Source of the DNA: Octopus vulgaris
Lineage: Eukaryota
Reading direction: 5' to 3'
Assembly (NCBI GenBank): GCA_951406725.2
Contig: OX597836.1
Coordinates: forward strand, 18,600,001 to 18,664,000
Length of the DNA: 64,000 nucleotides
Notes under the pieces: model-generated
What the model was told of the DNA's origin: nothing
Databases searched by the model: none
Seen by the model: only the letters and a program-made list of their open reading frames with translations
Translations under genes and position numbers: made by a program
Shown here: positions 1 to 12,774 of the stretch, one piece after another
How positions within the stretch are numbered: the first letter of the stretch is position 1
Layout of the letters: every line of letters starts with the position of its first letter

Positions 1-27
1 TGTCTGTGTGTGTCTGTGTGTGTATGT

Positions 28-271
28 ATGTGTGCATGTAGATATTGTATGTATGTGTGTATGCATGGATGTAAGTCAATATATGTATATATATATATAT
101 TTATATATATATATTTATATATATATATATAGGCGGGGCTCCAGCATGGCCGCAGTCAAATGACAGAAAGAAGTAAAAATGTAAGAGTATATGTGTGCGT
201 GTATGGGTGTGTGTTTATGTATGTGTGCATGTAGATATTGTATATATGTGTGTATGCATGGATGTAAGTCA

Positions 272-322
<51 letters not shown>

Positions 323-379
323 CGGGGCTCCAGCATGGCCGCAGTCAAATGAAAGAAAGAAGTAAAAATGTAAGAGAGT
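28..379 (+). repeat. ~190-bp tandem duplication that includes a SINE 3' tail
   Basis: AGGCGGGGCTCCAGCATGGCCGCAGTCAAATGA...AAGAAGTAAAAATGTAAGAGTA at 131 and 320; ATGTGTGCATGTAGATATTGTAT at 28 and 221. Confidence 0.8.
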
Positions 380-793
380 ACATGTGTGTGTGTGTGCGTG
401 TGTAAGTCTGTGTCTGTGTGCGTGCGTAAACAAGCATACATGTGTGAACATATGAACATATGAACATATAAACATATCTCTGTATATAGGTATGGATGTA
501 TGGATGTATACATAAGTGAGTTTGTGCGCGCAAGTGTATTTTAGTGCGTGTGCGTGTTTGTGTGCGTACTTCTCTGTATATGCATGTGTTTATGCCTCAT
601 ATTCATCTCCGAAATCCTCCAACTTATACGAACAGCCTACACGTTCTGATCCATTGAACTCGTTGTAATATATTTAGCATTGTGCAAGTTGATCCGGTCT
701 TTAGGAACAAAATATTGCGTCAACTCAATAAACATCAATCTCTGTCTATTTATCTTATCTTTGACGACTCTGTATTCTGGTTTATGCATGTAC

Positions 794-831
<38 letters not shown>

Positions 832-1267
832 GCATATCTATATATATGTATATATACATATTTACACACATACACACATATATGTATATATATAAAATTC
901 ATATAAGTGTGTGTGTACGTTTGTTTAGCTATGTATGTAGAGCTATATTTTTGTCTGTCAAGCTACAAATACTGACCAAAAGAATGTCATGTACCATAAA
1001 AAAAAATTGAGTACCTATGTGTTATTGATCTATCGGTTCCACCTCGAGAGAGAAATTAGTCGATGGGAACGAGGTATACTTAGCATCAAATACATGTCTG
1101 TTATATTTCAATGGGGTAGTTGCCTCACCATTCAGTATGAAAGCGTCTGATTGAGCCTACGTGACGTTTGTGCGTCTGAGAAACTATTTTCAAAGTAAAT
1201 CTGTGTTAAATTGTCAATACAAATTACCTTCCGATATTATTTCAAAGTGCAGCTCATCCGTTAAATC

Positions 1268-1427
1268 ATACATACATACACACATACATACATACATATA
1301 TGCATACATACATAAATACATACATACGTACATACATGCACACATACATACATACGTACATACATAAATTATGCATACATACATACGTACGTACATACAT
1401 ACATACATACATACATACATACATACA

Positions 1428-1461
<34 letters not shown>

Positions 1462-1595
1462 CATACAGACAGACATACATACATAAATTCATTCATACAT
1501 TCAAACATACATACATACATACATACATACATACATACATACATACATACATACATACATACATACATACATACATACATACATACATACATACA
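1268..1595. repeat. (TACA)n microsatellite
   Basis: Directly visible tandem array. Confidence 0.95.
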
Positions 1596-1933
1596 TGTGT
1601 GGGGGATATTATTGATGACACCTAGAAGGTGCTTTTTCCAACTCACGAAAATGAATGAAGTTTTGACCAGGGGAAATTAATGTCATAAACGGTATCCAAC
1701 GATCATCGGATGTTTAGACCCTGAACCGTAATACCCTCTCTTTGGCGAGTCAGTTAATATGGCCAAATCACTGTCCATCATCACCTCGGAGTTATCAATG
1801 CATATTGTTAATGGATCTATCAGCGGCTAATTGTGCTCCGCTCCAATTAAATCGTTTTAGTTATTGATATCGTACTGCATTACCTCTGCTTATCCTTGTT
1901 GCTTATTTGATACATATATATATAATTTATCAT

Positions 1934-2323
1934 GGATGGGAAGCACTCCGTCGTTTACGACGATGAGGGTTCCGGTTTATCCAAATCAATGGAACAGCCT
2001 GCTCGTGAAATTAACGTGTAAGTGGCTGAGCACTCCACAGACACGTGCACCCTTAATGTAGTTCTCGGGGATATTCAGCGTGACAAAGAGAGTGACAAGG
2101 CCGGCCCCTTGAAATACAGGTACAACAGAAACAGGAAGAAAGAGTGAGAGAAAGTTGTGGTGAAAGAGTACAGCAGGGATCACCACCATCCCCTGCCGGA
2201 GCCTCGTGGAGCTTTTAGGTGTTTTCGCTCAATAAACACTCACAACGCCCGGTCTGGGAATCGAAACCGCGATCCTATGACCGTGAGTCCGCTGCCCTAA
2301 CCACTGGGCCATTGCGCCTCCAC
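1934..2323 (-). mobile_element. tRNA-derived SINE family A, full length, tail type 1
   Basis: Minus-strand head GTGGAGGCGCAATGGCCCAGTGGTTAGGGCAGCGGACTCACGGTCATAGGATCGCGGTTTCGATTCCC with A and B boxes; 12-bp target-site duplication ATAATTTATCAT at 1922-1933 and 2324-2335. Confidence 0.9.
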
Positions 2324-3929
2324 ATAATTTATCATACACAGTGTATAAATGCTGGCGATCAATAAGCCAGTTACTGCGGGATTTGTCTTGGGAGAACATA
2401 TTTTATGGGACTTACTGTGTGGAAAACAAAATATCAGAGAGAGTGGGGTGAGGGACAAATTCTCAACCAAACGTGCTTCACCCGAAAATGCCAAATACAT
2501 CTGTTCCTCTCACCGACTGCTGAGACGAATTTTCCTCTCTCTCTCTCTCTCCCTTTCCCTCTCCCCCTCTCTCTCTTTCTGTCTCTGTCTCTCCCTCTCC
2601 CCCCCCCCCCGATATTTATTGTTTCTCACACAGTATGTCATCTCAATATAAATACTGCAATCGACAGTGTGTATAAATTATGTATGATGCATAGATGACT
2701 ATTTAAATTAAAATAGTACTTAATTCCAATAACTATATATGCATCATACTTAATGTATACCCCTCCACACACAAATATATATATATATATATATATATAT
2801 TTGGACGTACATATGTGTATGTGTCCTGTGTACGTATTTATGCATGTATGTCTATATGTATGTATGTATGTATTTATGTATGTATGTATGTATGTATGTA
2901 TGTGTGTATGTATGTATCTATCTATCTATCTATATACAGTATTATTATTGCCGTCCTATTTGTAACGATATATGTATATACTGTCATTTATACTCTCTAA
3001 TTAATTGTTGGTTCATTAATATTAATTATCATTGCAATACTTACTTGCTACAACATATTACTTCTGCGTGACTACCCAGTGAAACAAAAGATAAGGCACA
3101 GAAATGTCTAGAACCGAATTGAAAATACAACTGAACAAAATTATATTCACTCTTACAATAGCTATACAATAGTTGGTCAATGGCTACCAACTGGTTATTC
3201 AATCTTTATCTATACAACATATTTAATGTTCATTTATTGTTGAAAAGCCAGAGGTTGCAGTTTTCCATCTGGGAATTATCCCTTTATAGTCGTGTAAAAG
3301 ACTATTCTTTTGGGCTAACTGGAACGATGTCGTCTCGGGAGCGACAGTTACATTGACGGATTTAGCTGTTTTTGCGACCTTTAAGTGTCACGTACTCGAG
3401 TCACTTCCGAAATGAGATCGAATCGGTCAATGTGAAGTATGCAGAGAGTATATAAACTATATACTGGTGTATAATGCCACCGCCTGAGTGGCATAAAATT
3501 CGAATTATGCAATAGAAACAGCTCCAGAATAAATTAATATCACATACTTAAACGTATTTGTATCGTTGAAAAGCCAAATTGTAGATTATCGTGAGCGAGG
3601 AATCCTTTTATTTGACGTATGGTGTTAAAACACATATTATACTTCAGAGCTGGGCCGAACGAAATCACCCCAGAAATGACTGCGAGAGCAACAGATAGGC
3701 ATTTCACCGTTATTGCAGTTTGTCAATGCTTGTGTCACTTACGAAACGAGATCGAATTAGCCAGTCCGGTGTACATGGGGATGAAAGAAGTAAATGATAA
3801 AATCTATGTACATACTAACATACACACACACATACACACATACATACTTACATACTTGTCGGTATGCATGTATGTATGTATGTATGTATGTATGTATGTA
3901 TTTATGTATGTATGTATGTATGTATGTAA

Positions 3930-3960
<31 letters not shown>

Positions 3961-4334
3961 TGTATGTATGTATGTATGTGTGTATGTATGTATGTGTATA
4001 TGTATGTATGATGGCTGGCAACATGTGACCGAGGAAGACTATCACTAACCATGAAGATTACTGTGCACACAGAAAATTATACTTTACGCTTGTAGCTCAG
4101 CTGGTGACTAATGAGCCCAACCTTTAATAAACATATACGTCCGCAGATATTGCTGACCAAGCTGTCCTCGTCCCGCCCCTCGCCGCCGCCTACGCACACA
4201 CAGACTCACCATTCACTTCATTGGTAGCTCACCTGCAAGCAAGCAGCTCGCTTGAATTCTCTCTATATATAGAGAGAGATAAATATGTACATATACAAAT
4301 CTGTGCACGCACGCGTGCATACATACTATCTGGT

Positions 4335-4500
4335 ATCTTTTATTTGCTTCGATCATTTGACAGCGGCCATGCTGGTGCACCGCCTTGAAGGGTTTTAGTC
4401 GAAGAAATTGAACCGAACCCAGGAATTATTTTGTTTTAAGCCTGGTACTTATTTTATCGACCCACTTTTGTCAAGCGGTAGTGAAGGACAAACAGACACG
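4335..4500 (-). mobile_element. SINE family C, 3' half, diverged
   Basis: GCGGCCATGCTGGTGCACCGCCTTGAAGGG...CCTGGTACTTATTTTATCG matches the copy at 57504-57896. Confidence 0.7.
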
Positions 4501-5075
4501 ATCACACATACACAGAGACACACATACGTACATAAAAGATACATATATGTGCCTCTGTGTGTGTGTGTGTGTGTGTGTAATATGCAAACACTCTCATATA
4601 TACATCCATGCACATGCATATACCAGACTAGATACTCGCCAACATCAACAAGACCACAATAGCTACCACCACCACCACCACAGCCAACACCACCAGAGTA
4701 CATCCACCGCACCACCATCGTTTCCAGCTGAATCTTCAGTTTCAAAATGGCTGCCATCTCACAGTAATAAAGAGTCACACTTAATATCTAACAAAATGTT
4801 ATAACCATATGTATGACGTCAACGTCATTAATCCGTATCGTTTCGCTGGTGTGGTGGGTGGGTGGTTGGTTAGATGAAGGGGAAAAGAAGGAGGGGGAGA
4901 AAGGCAGAATGGAGTGCTGAATGGTTGGGTGGTGTGTAGAGTGAGTAAGCAAGCTAAATAGTGTGAGCGACAGACGGACGGAAAGGCGAACGGAAGGCGT
5001 TGGGTGGAGGCGAGTGGCCACTATGTTTAATATGTTCTCCACAGAAATATATAGACATATGTGTGTCTGTGCGTG

Positions 5076-5108
<33 letters not shown>

Positions 5109-5223
5109 GCATATGTACACACACACACACATACACACATACACGCACACACACACATATATATATACATATATGTGTGTGTGCGTGTGTATATATATGT
5201 GTATATGTACACACACACACACA

Positions 5224-5284
<61 letters not shown>

Positions 5285-5411
5285 GTGTGTATGTATGTCT
5301 GTCTGTGTGTTTTGCACTATCATAAAGGTGATGTAAATGATGATGATGATGATGATGACAGCATCAACGACGACTGCGAGGAGGACGACACAACTGACTA
5401 TGCTTTTGTTG

Positions 5412-5443
<32 letters not shown>

Positions 5444-5786
5444 GATGGTGGTCGTGGTGGATGTACTGCTGCTGCCATTTCCGCAATATTCTACACTCAA
5501 ACCAACACCAAACATTGTCCTACACTTTTTAAACTCTTTAGCCTAGCATTTGAGGGACATTTGACTTCTGTGTCTAGTAATGCTATCGAACATCTTCTAA
5601 CCATATTTTGTCTTTTCAAAATTCTTATTACTGTTGTTGTTGTTGTCGTCGTTGTTGTTGTTGTTGTTTCAAATTAGCCCCAGGTCAGCACTGTTTGAAT
5701 TGAAATACGATCAAAAACATCCCAGCAACGAAAATCTGTATTTTCATAAATCTACGCCTACATTAGCTATTGTAGCTCATCTGTTT

Positions 5787-5860
5787 TATCATTATCATTA
5801 TTATTATTATTATCATTATTATTATTATCATTATTATTATTATTATCATTATTATTATTA

Positions 5861-5894
<34 letters not shown>

Positions 5895-5950
5895 CATTAT
5901 TATCATTATTATCATTATCATTATTATCATTATTATTATTATTATTATTA

Positions 5951-5984
<34 letters not shown>

Positions 5985-6060
5985 CATTATTATCATTATC
6001 ATTATTATCATTATTATTATTATTATCATTATTATCATTATTATTATTATTATTATTATT

Positions 6061-6104
<44 letters not shown>

Positions 6105-6124
6105 TATTATTATTATTATTATTA

Positions 6125-6176
<52 letters not shown>

Positions 6177-6184
6177 CATCATCA

Positions 6185-6221
<37 letters not shown>
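5787..6221. repeat. (ATT/ATC)n microsatellite
   Basis: Directly visible. Confidence 0.95.
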
Positions 6222-6222
<1 letters not shown>

Positions 6223-6580
6223 TAGACGAAAGGTTGGGGGTTTGACTTCTCTTTCTAACAGATTGATTGACAAGGCTCTGCGGTTGCCCTCATTCATATA
6301 TTTTTGCGATTATTGCTGTTTTCTTTATTGCAATAATAACTGGGGGGTTTTTCTTAGTTACCAAGGTTATTAGTGTTGCTGTTATTGTTGTTGTTGTTGT
6401 TATTGTTGTCATCGGACTATCTTCTGTTGATGCAGTTGTTGTTGCTTTTGTTTCTGTTGTTTTTGCTGTTACCAATGGTGACGGTGTTCGGTTGTAGTTT
6501 TTGTTTGTTTTGCATGGAGTTTTTTTTTTTTTTTGTTATTTGCTATAGCTGTCTTAGATTAGTATAAGCACAACACTTAA

Positions 6581-6753
6581 TGGTTATGGTGTTGTGATGG
6601 TCATGATTTACGATCGCAAGATTGTAGTTTCGATTTCTGGAGCAGCGGGTGCGTTATGTTCTTGAGCAAAGTATTTCATTTCACGTTGCCCCTGTCCCAT
6701 CAATGAACATAAGTGAGTAATCTTCTGATGGAATGGTGTACCGTCCAGGGAGG
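6581..6753 (+). mobile_element. Old tRNA-derived SINE with a V/Meta-domain-like body
   Basis: B-box-like GTTTCGATTTCTGG, then GTTCTTGAGCAAAGTATTTCATTTCACGTTG and GATGGAATGGTGTACCGTCCAGGG; domain assignment is from memory of SINE consensus motifs. Confidence 0.45.
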
Positions 6754-6810
6754 AATATATATTTATATATATTTTTGATGTAACACATGTCCTTGTGGAA
6801 GCTGTTGTGC

Positions 6811-6888
6811 GCGGCTGAAGAAGGCCACAGACATACATTATGCATTGTTATAAATCTGTCTAATAAAGGCCCGAAACATATGTACCGC
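6811..6888 (+). ncRNA. Type I hammerhead ribozyme motif
   Basis: GCGG-CTGAAGA-A-GGCC...GGCC-C-GAAA-CATATG-TA-CCGC: 4-bp stem I, intact core, palindromic stem III, GUA cleavage triplet. Confidence 0.75.
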
Positions 6889-7192
6889 TGAATCCTTCGC
6901 ATCATGTTTTTATTTTATTTTGATCAATTTATATATATATATATATATATATATAGTCATGCCAGTAAATCCGGGAAACTGGCCTTACTTCCACCTTAAG
7001 GTATACGTTCACTGGATAAAAACCTGAGGACTTCAAAAATCGAGGGGGTTTAATTGCAATCTATCTATACTGCGGTTTGCACTCAAATAAATACTATAGG
7101 GCCCATTTCTTTGATTTGCCTGGGGGTTTATAATGCTACTAAGATTGCCCTGATTGTTGTTGTCAGTGCAGTTGGTATTTCTGCTATTGACA

Positions 7193-7605
7193 AGGCGGTT
7201 AGCTGGTTGGGGTAAAATGCTTAGCAGAATTTCGTCCTTCTGAACGTTCTGAGTTCAAATCCCACTGAGGTTGACTTTGTCTTTCAAATTCCGCCGAGGT
7301 CGACTTTGCCTTTCATCCTTTCGGGGTCGATAAATAAAGTACCAGTTACGCACCGGGGTCGATGTAATCGACTTAATTCCTTTGTCTGTCCTTGTTTGTC
7401 CCCTGTGTGTTTAGCCATTTGTGGGTAGTAAAGAAATAGGTATTTCGTCTGCCGTTACGTTCTGAGTTCAAATTCCGCCTAGGTCGACTTTGCCTTTCAT
7501 CCTTTCGGGTCGATAAAATAAGTACCAGTACATCGCTGGGGTCGATCTAATAAACTTGCCTCCCCCACCCCCGAAATTACTGGCCTTGTACCAAACTTTG
7601 AAACC
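7193..7605 (+). mobile_element. SINE family B (Nin/Deu-domain-like), tandem copies
   Basis: Repeated GAGTTCAAATTCCGCCGAGGTCGACTTTGCCTTTCATCCTTTCGGGGTCGATAAA...AGTACCAG. Confidence 0.85.
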
Positions 7606-7967
7606 GTTATTACTGCTATTGGGGTTGTTGTCGATTGTCCAAGTGTTGTTAATATTGCTCTACTCAGTATTGTTGTACTTTTTGTTGTTGTTGTTGTCAC
7701 GATTGTTCTTCCGGTCGTTCGTGCTAATACTGTCGTTGTCATCCTTGGTACTATCGTTGTTGTTGTTGTTGTTATTGTAGTTGTTGCCATTGTTTTTGTT
7801 GTTGTTGTTGTTATCGATAATACCGTACTTGTCGTTGTGATTGTTTTTGTTGTTGTTGTTGTTGTGCTTGGTATGATTTACTACTATGCTGATTAAGGAC
7901 ACTTAAAACACAGCCGTAGTCACACAACGAGTAATTGGATATCACCAGACAGTATAAAACACACACA

Positions 7968-8001
<34 letters not shown>

Positions 8002-8326
8002 TGCACACATATTTATATATATGCACACACACACACACTCACACGTTCACACATTCACACGCACACACAAATAGTCATAAACATATTCGCACACATCACA
8101 AACACAAGTCCAGTACAGGACACATATACGACAAAAATCGCGAGTACTTTAAACAGAGCAGATCTCTATCTCATAATACAGGCCACAGAAATAAGCACAC
8201 ACACACACACACACACATACACACAAACATACACATACATACACACAAACACATACACACACATACAAATACACGCGCGCGCGAAAGCCCGGGGCAAACG
8301 TTATAGATAATCAAACACATATGGCT

Positions 8327-8718
8327 AGGCTGTATGGTTAGGAAGGTAAATATTGATCCTCGTGGTTTCGGGTTCAGGCATCCTTCAGTGCGGCACCCTG
8401 TGCACAGGTCTTCTACTGTAGCCCTAAGCCGACCAATGCCATGTGAAAAAAAGTTTGGTACAGGGGAAGTATAGAGAACGTAAAAGAAATATATGTCTAT
8501 GAGAGAGTGTCTTTCTGTCTGTGTCCCCACTCACACTCACACACACACTCACACAAACCGCTTGGCAGCAGGTGTTGGTTTGTTTGCGGATCAGTAAAGG
8601 AGAGCGCTAGAGTAACTACCAGGCATTAAAAAAATATGCAGAGGGGTCGATTTGTACGAATAAAACCCTTCAAAGTTGTGCCCCAGCATGGCTACAGTAC
8701 TGTGACTGAAATAAATGA
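8327..8718 (+). mobile_element. SINE family C, diverged near-full copy
   Basis: Head GGCTGTATGGTTAGG...GGTTCAGG, body GTCTTCTACTGTAGCCCTAAGCCGACCAATGCC, tail CCCCAGCATGGCTACAGT. Confidence 0.7.
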
Positions 8719-9220
8719 AAGTACCAGTTGCGCACTGGCGTCGATGTAATCGATTTAATCCGTTTGTCTGTCCTTGTTTGTCCTCTCTGTGTTTAGCCCC
8801 TTGTGGGTAGTAAAGAAATAGGTATTTCATCTGCCGTTACGTTCTGAGTTCAAATTCCGCGAGGTCGACTTTGCCTTTCATCCTTTCGGGGTCGATAAAT
8901 AAAGTACCAATTATGCACTGGGGTCGATGTAATCGACTTAATCCGTTTGTCTGTCCTTGTTTGTCCCCTCTATATTTAGCCCCTTGTGGGCAGTAAAGAA
9001 ATAAGAAACGTTAGCACGCCGGGCGAAATGCGTAGCAGTATTTCGTCTGTCGGTACGTTCCGAGTTCAAATTCCGCCGAGGTCGACTTTGCCTTTCATCC
9101 TTTCGGGGTCGATAAATTAAGTACCAGTTACGCACTGGGGTCGATGTAATCGACTTAATCCCTTTGTCTGTCCTTGTTTGTCCCCTCTGTGTTTAGCCCC
9201 TTGTGGGTAGAAAAGAAATA
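8719..9220 (+). mobile_element. SINE family B tandem array (about three units)
   Basis: Three GTCGATGTAATCGA...TGTCTGTCCTTGTTTGTCC...TTTAGCCCCTTGTGGG tails head to tail. Confidence 0.9.
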
Positions 9221-9422
9221 TATAATAAAGTGAGGAATCAGTGAATTCCTTCTCATACACTACTCTCAGTTTCCCGGCAAGCCATGGATATAAATTTATC
9301 TAATTTTTATTTGGAAATGAACACGTGTGCCATCGTTTATTAGCTCTTGCTTCAAGCCAGTACAAGAAAAACAACCGCATTGGCTTACTAGAAAATCCCG
9401 AGTATTCTGTATATAATTTCTA

Positions 9423-9988
9423 TTGAGTTGTCCGGAAAGTTCGTGCCGATTTATAGTAGCTTACATTTCGACTTATTTTAGAACATGGTTGAGCCTATAA
9501 AATAGGATTTGACTGCACCTCCATTTAGAGCACAGTTTAAGCTATCTTTTCCTGGAAGAAGGTTTATGTTCCTATTACCTGTATTAATTCTGTAACCTTT
9601 TAAAATGGAAGATAAGAAAGTTCATTTTTGGCACTTGTTGCTTTGGGAACCAGACAAAAATTGCTGCAGCTCGACTGGGATGTGTTTCCCCACCCTCCAC
9701 ATTTACCAGATATTGCTCCTTCGGATTTCCACTTATTCAGGTCTCTGCAGAATAGTCTTAATGGTAAAAATTTCAATTCCTTGGTTGACGTAAAAAGATA
9801 CCTTGATGAATTCTTTGCCATGAAACCACCTCAATTCTGGGAAGAGGGTATTTTCAAGTTAAAGGAATAATGGAGACGCATTGTGCAACAAAATGGTTCA
9901 TATTTGCTTGATTAAAAATGTAATGGCAAGTATTTATTGACCTTTTTCTTTCCTTTAAAAATCGGCATGAACTTTCCGGACGGCCCAA
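9423..9988 (+). mobile_element. Internally deleted mariner (DD34D) transposon
   Basis: ~30-bp TIRs TTGAGTTGTCCGGAAAGTTCGTGCCGATTT / AAATCGGCATGAACTTTCCGGACGGCCCAA, TA on both flanks; N-terminus MEDKKVHFWHLLLWE joined to C-terminal HPPHLPDIAPSDFHLFRSLQN (mariner HPPYSPDLAPSDYHLF motif); premature stop at 9868. Confidence 0.92.
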
Positions 9989-11176
9989 TATATTTGAAAA
10001 GTATATTAACTACATTCCTCTACTTTAATTAAGTTGAGGTTTACTTTCTTTGTTGTGACACACATGTCTAATTGATATGCATATGTGCACATATGTATTG
10101 TTTTTGTGTGTCTGTGTTTGCCTGTTTGTGTGCGTGAGTATGTATGTCTATGTAAGTATGTATGTTTATAGATATTTATACATACACACGTGGGTGTATT
10201 TGTGTGTGTATGTATGTGTGTGTGTTTGTGTAAACGTGAACAAAATATATGCATAAATAATTTCGTACAATCCCAACATTCTGTTTTTTTTAATTCCATT
10301 CCATTATCCACCATATGACGTTCCACACACACGCACACGCACATATGGACACGTACACACACACACACACATATACATACACACGCATACGTGTGCAAAC
10401 GCTAGCACACACGCATACGCATACACGCACACGTGCGCACACAGCGAACCAGACATAGCTATACACTCGATTACACATAAGCCACCGACAACCATCACCG
10501 CCCTCGCTGTACCATTAACCTTCACGTCATAAAAGATGGCGGCCGAGTGTTAATTTCTGTTTAACTCCAAACCAATGGAACCTGTCAATCGTTTTCATCG
10601 ATCAATTGACATTTTCAGAAGCAATAAGAATGGAAATCCTTCTGGTGTTATTCTCATAGGAAATTTCTTGCTTTAAGCTAAACTTTAAACTCGAAACCAA
10701 CCGACCGGAAGCAGCGTTCTAAACATTTCTGGAAAGGAAGCAAGCAGTTGTAATAAACAAAGAAAATGACAAAAAGATCGTATTTCTATTTTTTATTTAT
10801 TTACTATTCATTTTTATTTACTTTGTTTGCTCAGAAGAAATATAGAACGCAGCAGACGACTATTGATGGTGCGGTAGTGCAAATGGCGCTCTAGATAATT
10901 GCCTTTGTTGTTGCTGCTGTTTACGTAGCGGCGGTAATGGCGATAGTGATACTGGTTGCTGTTGATTACATGCCATCTATTTAGAAAAGACAGGGTAGAA
11001 TTGAATGGAATGGTATGGCTCGGCAATGGTAAGGAATGTTTGTTAAAGAGAAACGCTGATAACAAGGGAATTACCAATTCGCATGGTTTCCTTTCACTTA
11101 CTACTCTCGTTCTATATGGTATATAAATGTGTGTGTGTATGCGTACATGCATACACGTATACGTATATAAATATAC

Positions 11177-11207
<31 letters not shown>

Positions 11208-11348
11208 TGTATGTATGTATGTATGTATGTATGTATGTATGTATGTATGTGTGTGTGTGTATATGTATGTATATATGTATGTATGTATGTATGTGTGTAT
11301 ATATGTATGTATGTGAAAAGAAGTGTATTTCCATACAGGAAAAAATAT

Positions 11349-11437
11349 AGAATTTATTTTGGGGTTCGAAAATGGATTTACTAAAATCTACACGTTTTTC
11401 AAATTCAGGTGCATTTTCAAACCCCAAAACAAATTCT
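11349..11437. repeat. Short inverted repeat, MITE-like
   Basis: AGAATTTATTTTGGGGTTCGAAAATG (11349-11374) vs CATTTTCAAACCCCAAAACAAATTCT (11412-11437), 24 of 26 complementary. Confidence 0.7.
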
Positions 11438-11625
11438 CCTATACTAACATACACACACGCACACATACACACACACAGACACATACACACACACTCACAC
11501 ACACAAACATTGATGTGTATATATATATATATATATACGATCTAGTGGACAAACGATAGAAGGGTACTCAACCAATTCATTGGGAGTTACATGTATGGAT
11601 CAAAGCAGTTTCATTCAAAATCCGT

Positions 11626-11666
11626 TGGTACTCTTGAGTTTCAAGCGCAATGCTACTCGTCAGCCA
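11626..11666 (-). ncRNA. Type I hammerhead motif (left member of an inverted pair)
   Basis: Minus strand TGG-CTGACGA-GTAGCATTGCGCTT-GAAA-CTCAAGAG-TA-CCA. Confidence 0.65.
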
Positions 11667-11683
11667 TTCTGAATTTTAAAAAC

Positions 11684-11722
11684 GGCTGACGACGAGCTTC
11701 GCGCTTGAAACTCAAGACTCCC
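11684..11722 (+). ncRNA. Degenerate hammerhead motif (right member of an inverted pair)
   Basis: GG-CTGACGA-CGAGCTTCGCGCTT-GAAA-CTCAAGAC-TC-CC; C-C mismatch in stem III. Confidence 0.45.
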
Positions 11723-11803
11723 AGCTAATTTGAATAGATCCTAGTACTTATTTTATCGTTCTCTTTTCTACAACTAACTTATAGGCCCATAAACACACCA
11801 GTA

Positions 11804-12037
11804 CCTATTTCTTTATTACCCACAAGGGGCTAAACACAGAGCCGACAAACAAGGACAGACATAGGTATTAAGTCGATTACATCGACCCCAGTGCGTAACT
11901 GGTACTTAATTTATCGACCCCGAAAGGATGAAAGGCAAAGTCGACCTCGGCGGAATTTGAACTCACAACGTAACGCAGACGAAATACCGCTAAGCATTTC
12001 GCCCGGCGTGCTAACGTTTCTGCCAGCTCGCCGCCTT
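11804..12037 (-). mobile_element. SINE family B
   Basis: Reverse complement of the AAGGCGGCGAGCTGGCAGAAACGTTAGCACGCCGGGCG head through the AAAGAAATAGG tail. Confidence 0.9.
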
Positions 12038-12122
12038 GTACCGGTTGTCAAATAGTAGAGAGAGAAAGACAAGCACCAATACACGCACACACACACACAC
12101 ACATAAATATGTAGATATATGT

Positions 12123-12409
12123 GAGAAAGCAGATCAACCCCCCGACACCGAGAGCATCGACGGATGGATGAATGCGCATCCAGGCTCAGCGGTTGCGTAG
12201 GAAGTTGGGGATAAAAAACAGGAAGAAAGAGTGAGAGAAAGTTGGAGCGAAAGAATACAACAGGGGTCGCCATCACCCCCTGCCGGAGCTTCGTGGAGCT
12301 TTGGGGGTTTTCACTCCATAAACACACACAACGCCCGGTCTGGGAATCGAAACCGCGATCCTCCGACCGCGAGTCCGCTGCCCTAACCATTGGGCCATTG
12401 CGCCTCCAC
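12123..12409 (-). mobile_element. SINE family A head with tail type 2
   Basis: Same tRNA head as 1934-2323; 3' part CCCAACTTCCTACGCAACCGCTGAGCCTGGATGCGC... is unrelated to tail type 1. Confidence 0.85.
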
Positions 12410-12774
12410 GCTGCTGCTGGCTGTGGTGGCGGTGATGCCGTTGAAGTTACCCATAGTATGTAACCTCAGCTGCGTCGGCGGCACCGGCGGGAGTAACGAC
12501 AATGGTTATGAAGGGAGTGATGATGGTTGTGGTGATGGTGGTGCCGGCGCCAGCGAGAGTGGTGGTGGCGATAATGCTGGTGGTGTTGATAATTCTGAAG
12601 GCTGTAATGGCGGTAGGAGTGGCGTTGCTGACGGTGAAGTGGCAGTAGGAGGTAGAGATAAGTATGGCGGTGGTGGTGGTAGTAAAAGTTGTGGTGGTGG
12701 TGGTTGTCTTGTCATGATGATGGTTAAATTTGGTTATGTTACTGATGGTTGTTATGGTGATGCCATTTATGAAA

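Noticed and set aside
4710-4745. Minus-strand CTGAAGA...GAAAC hammerhead-like match
   Set aside because: Triplet would be GUG and no stem I forms
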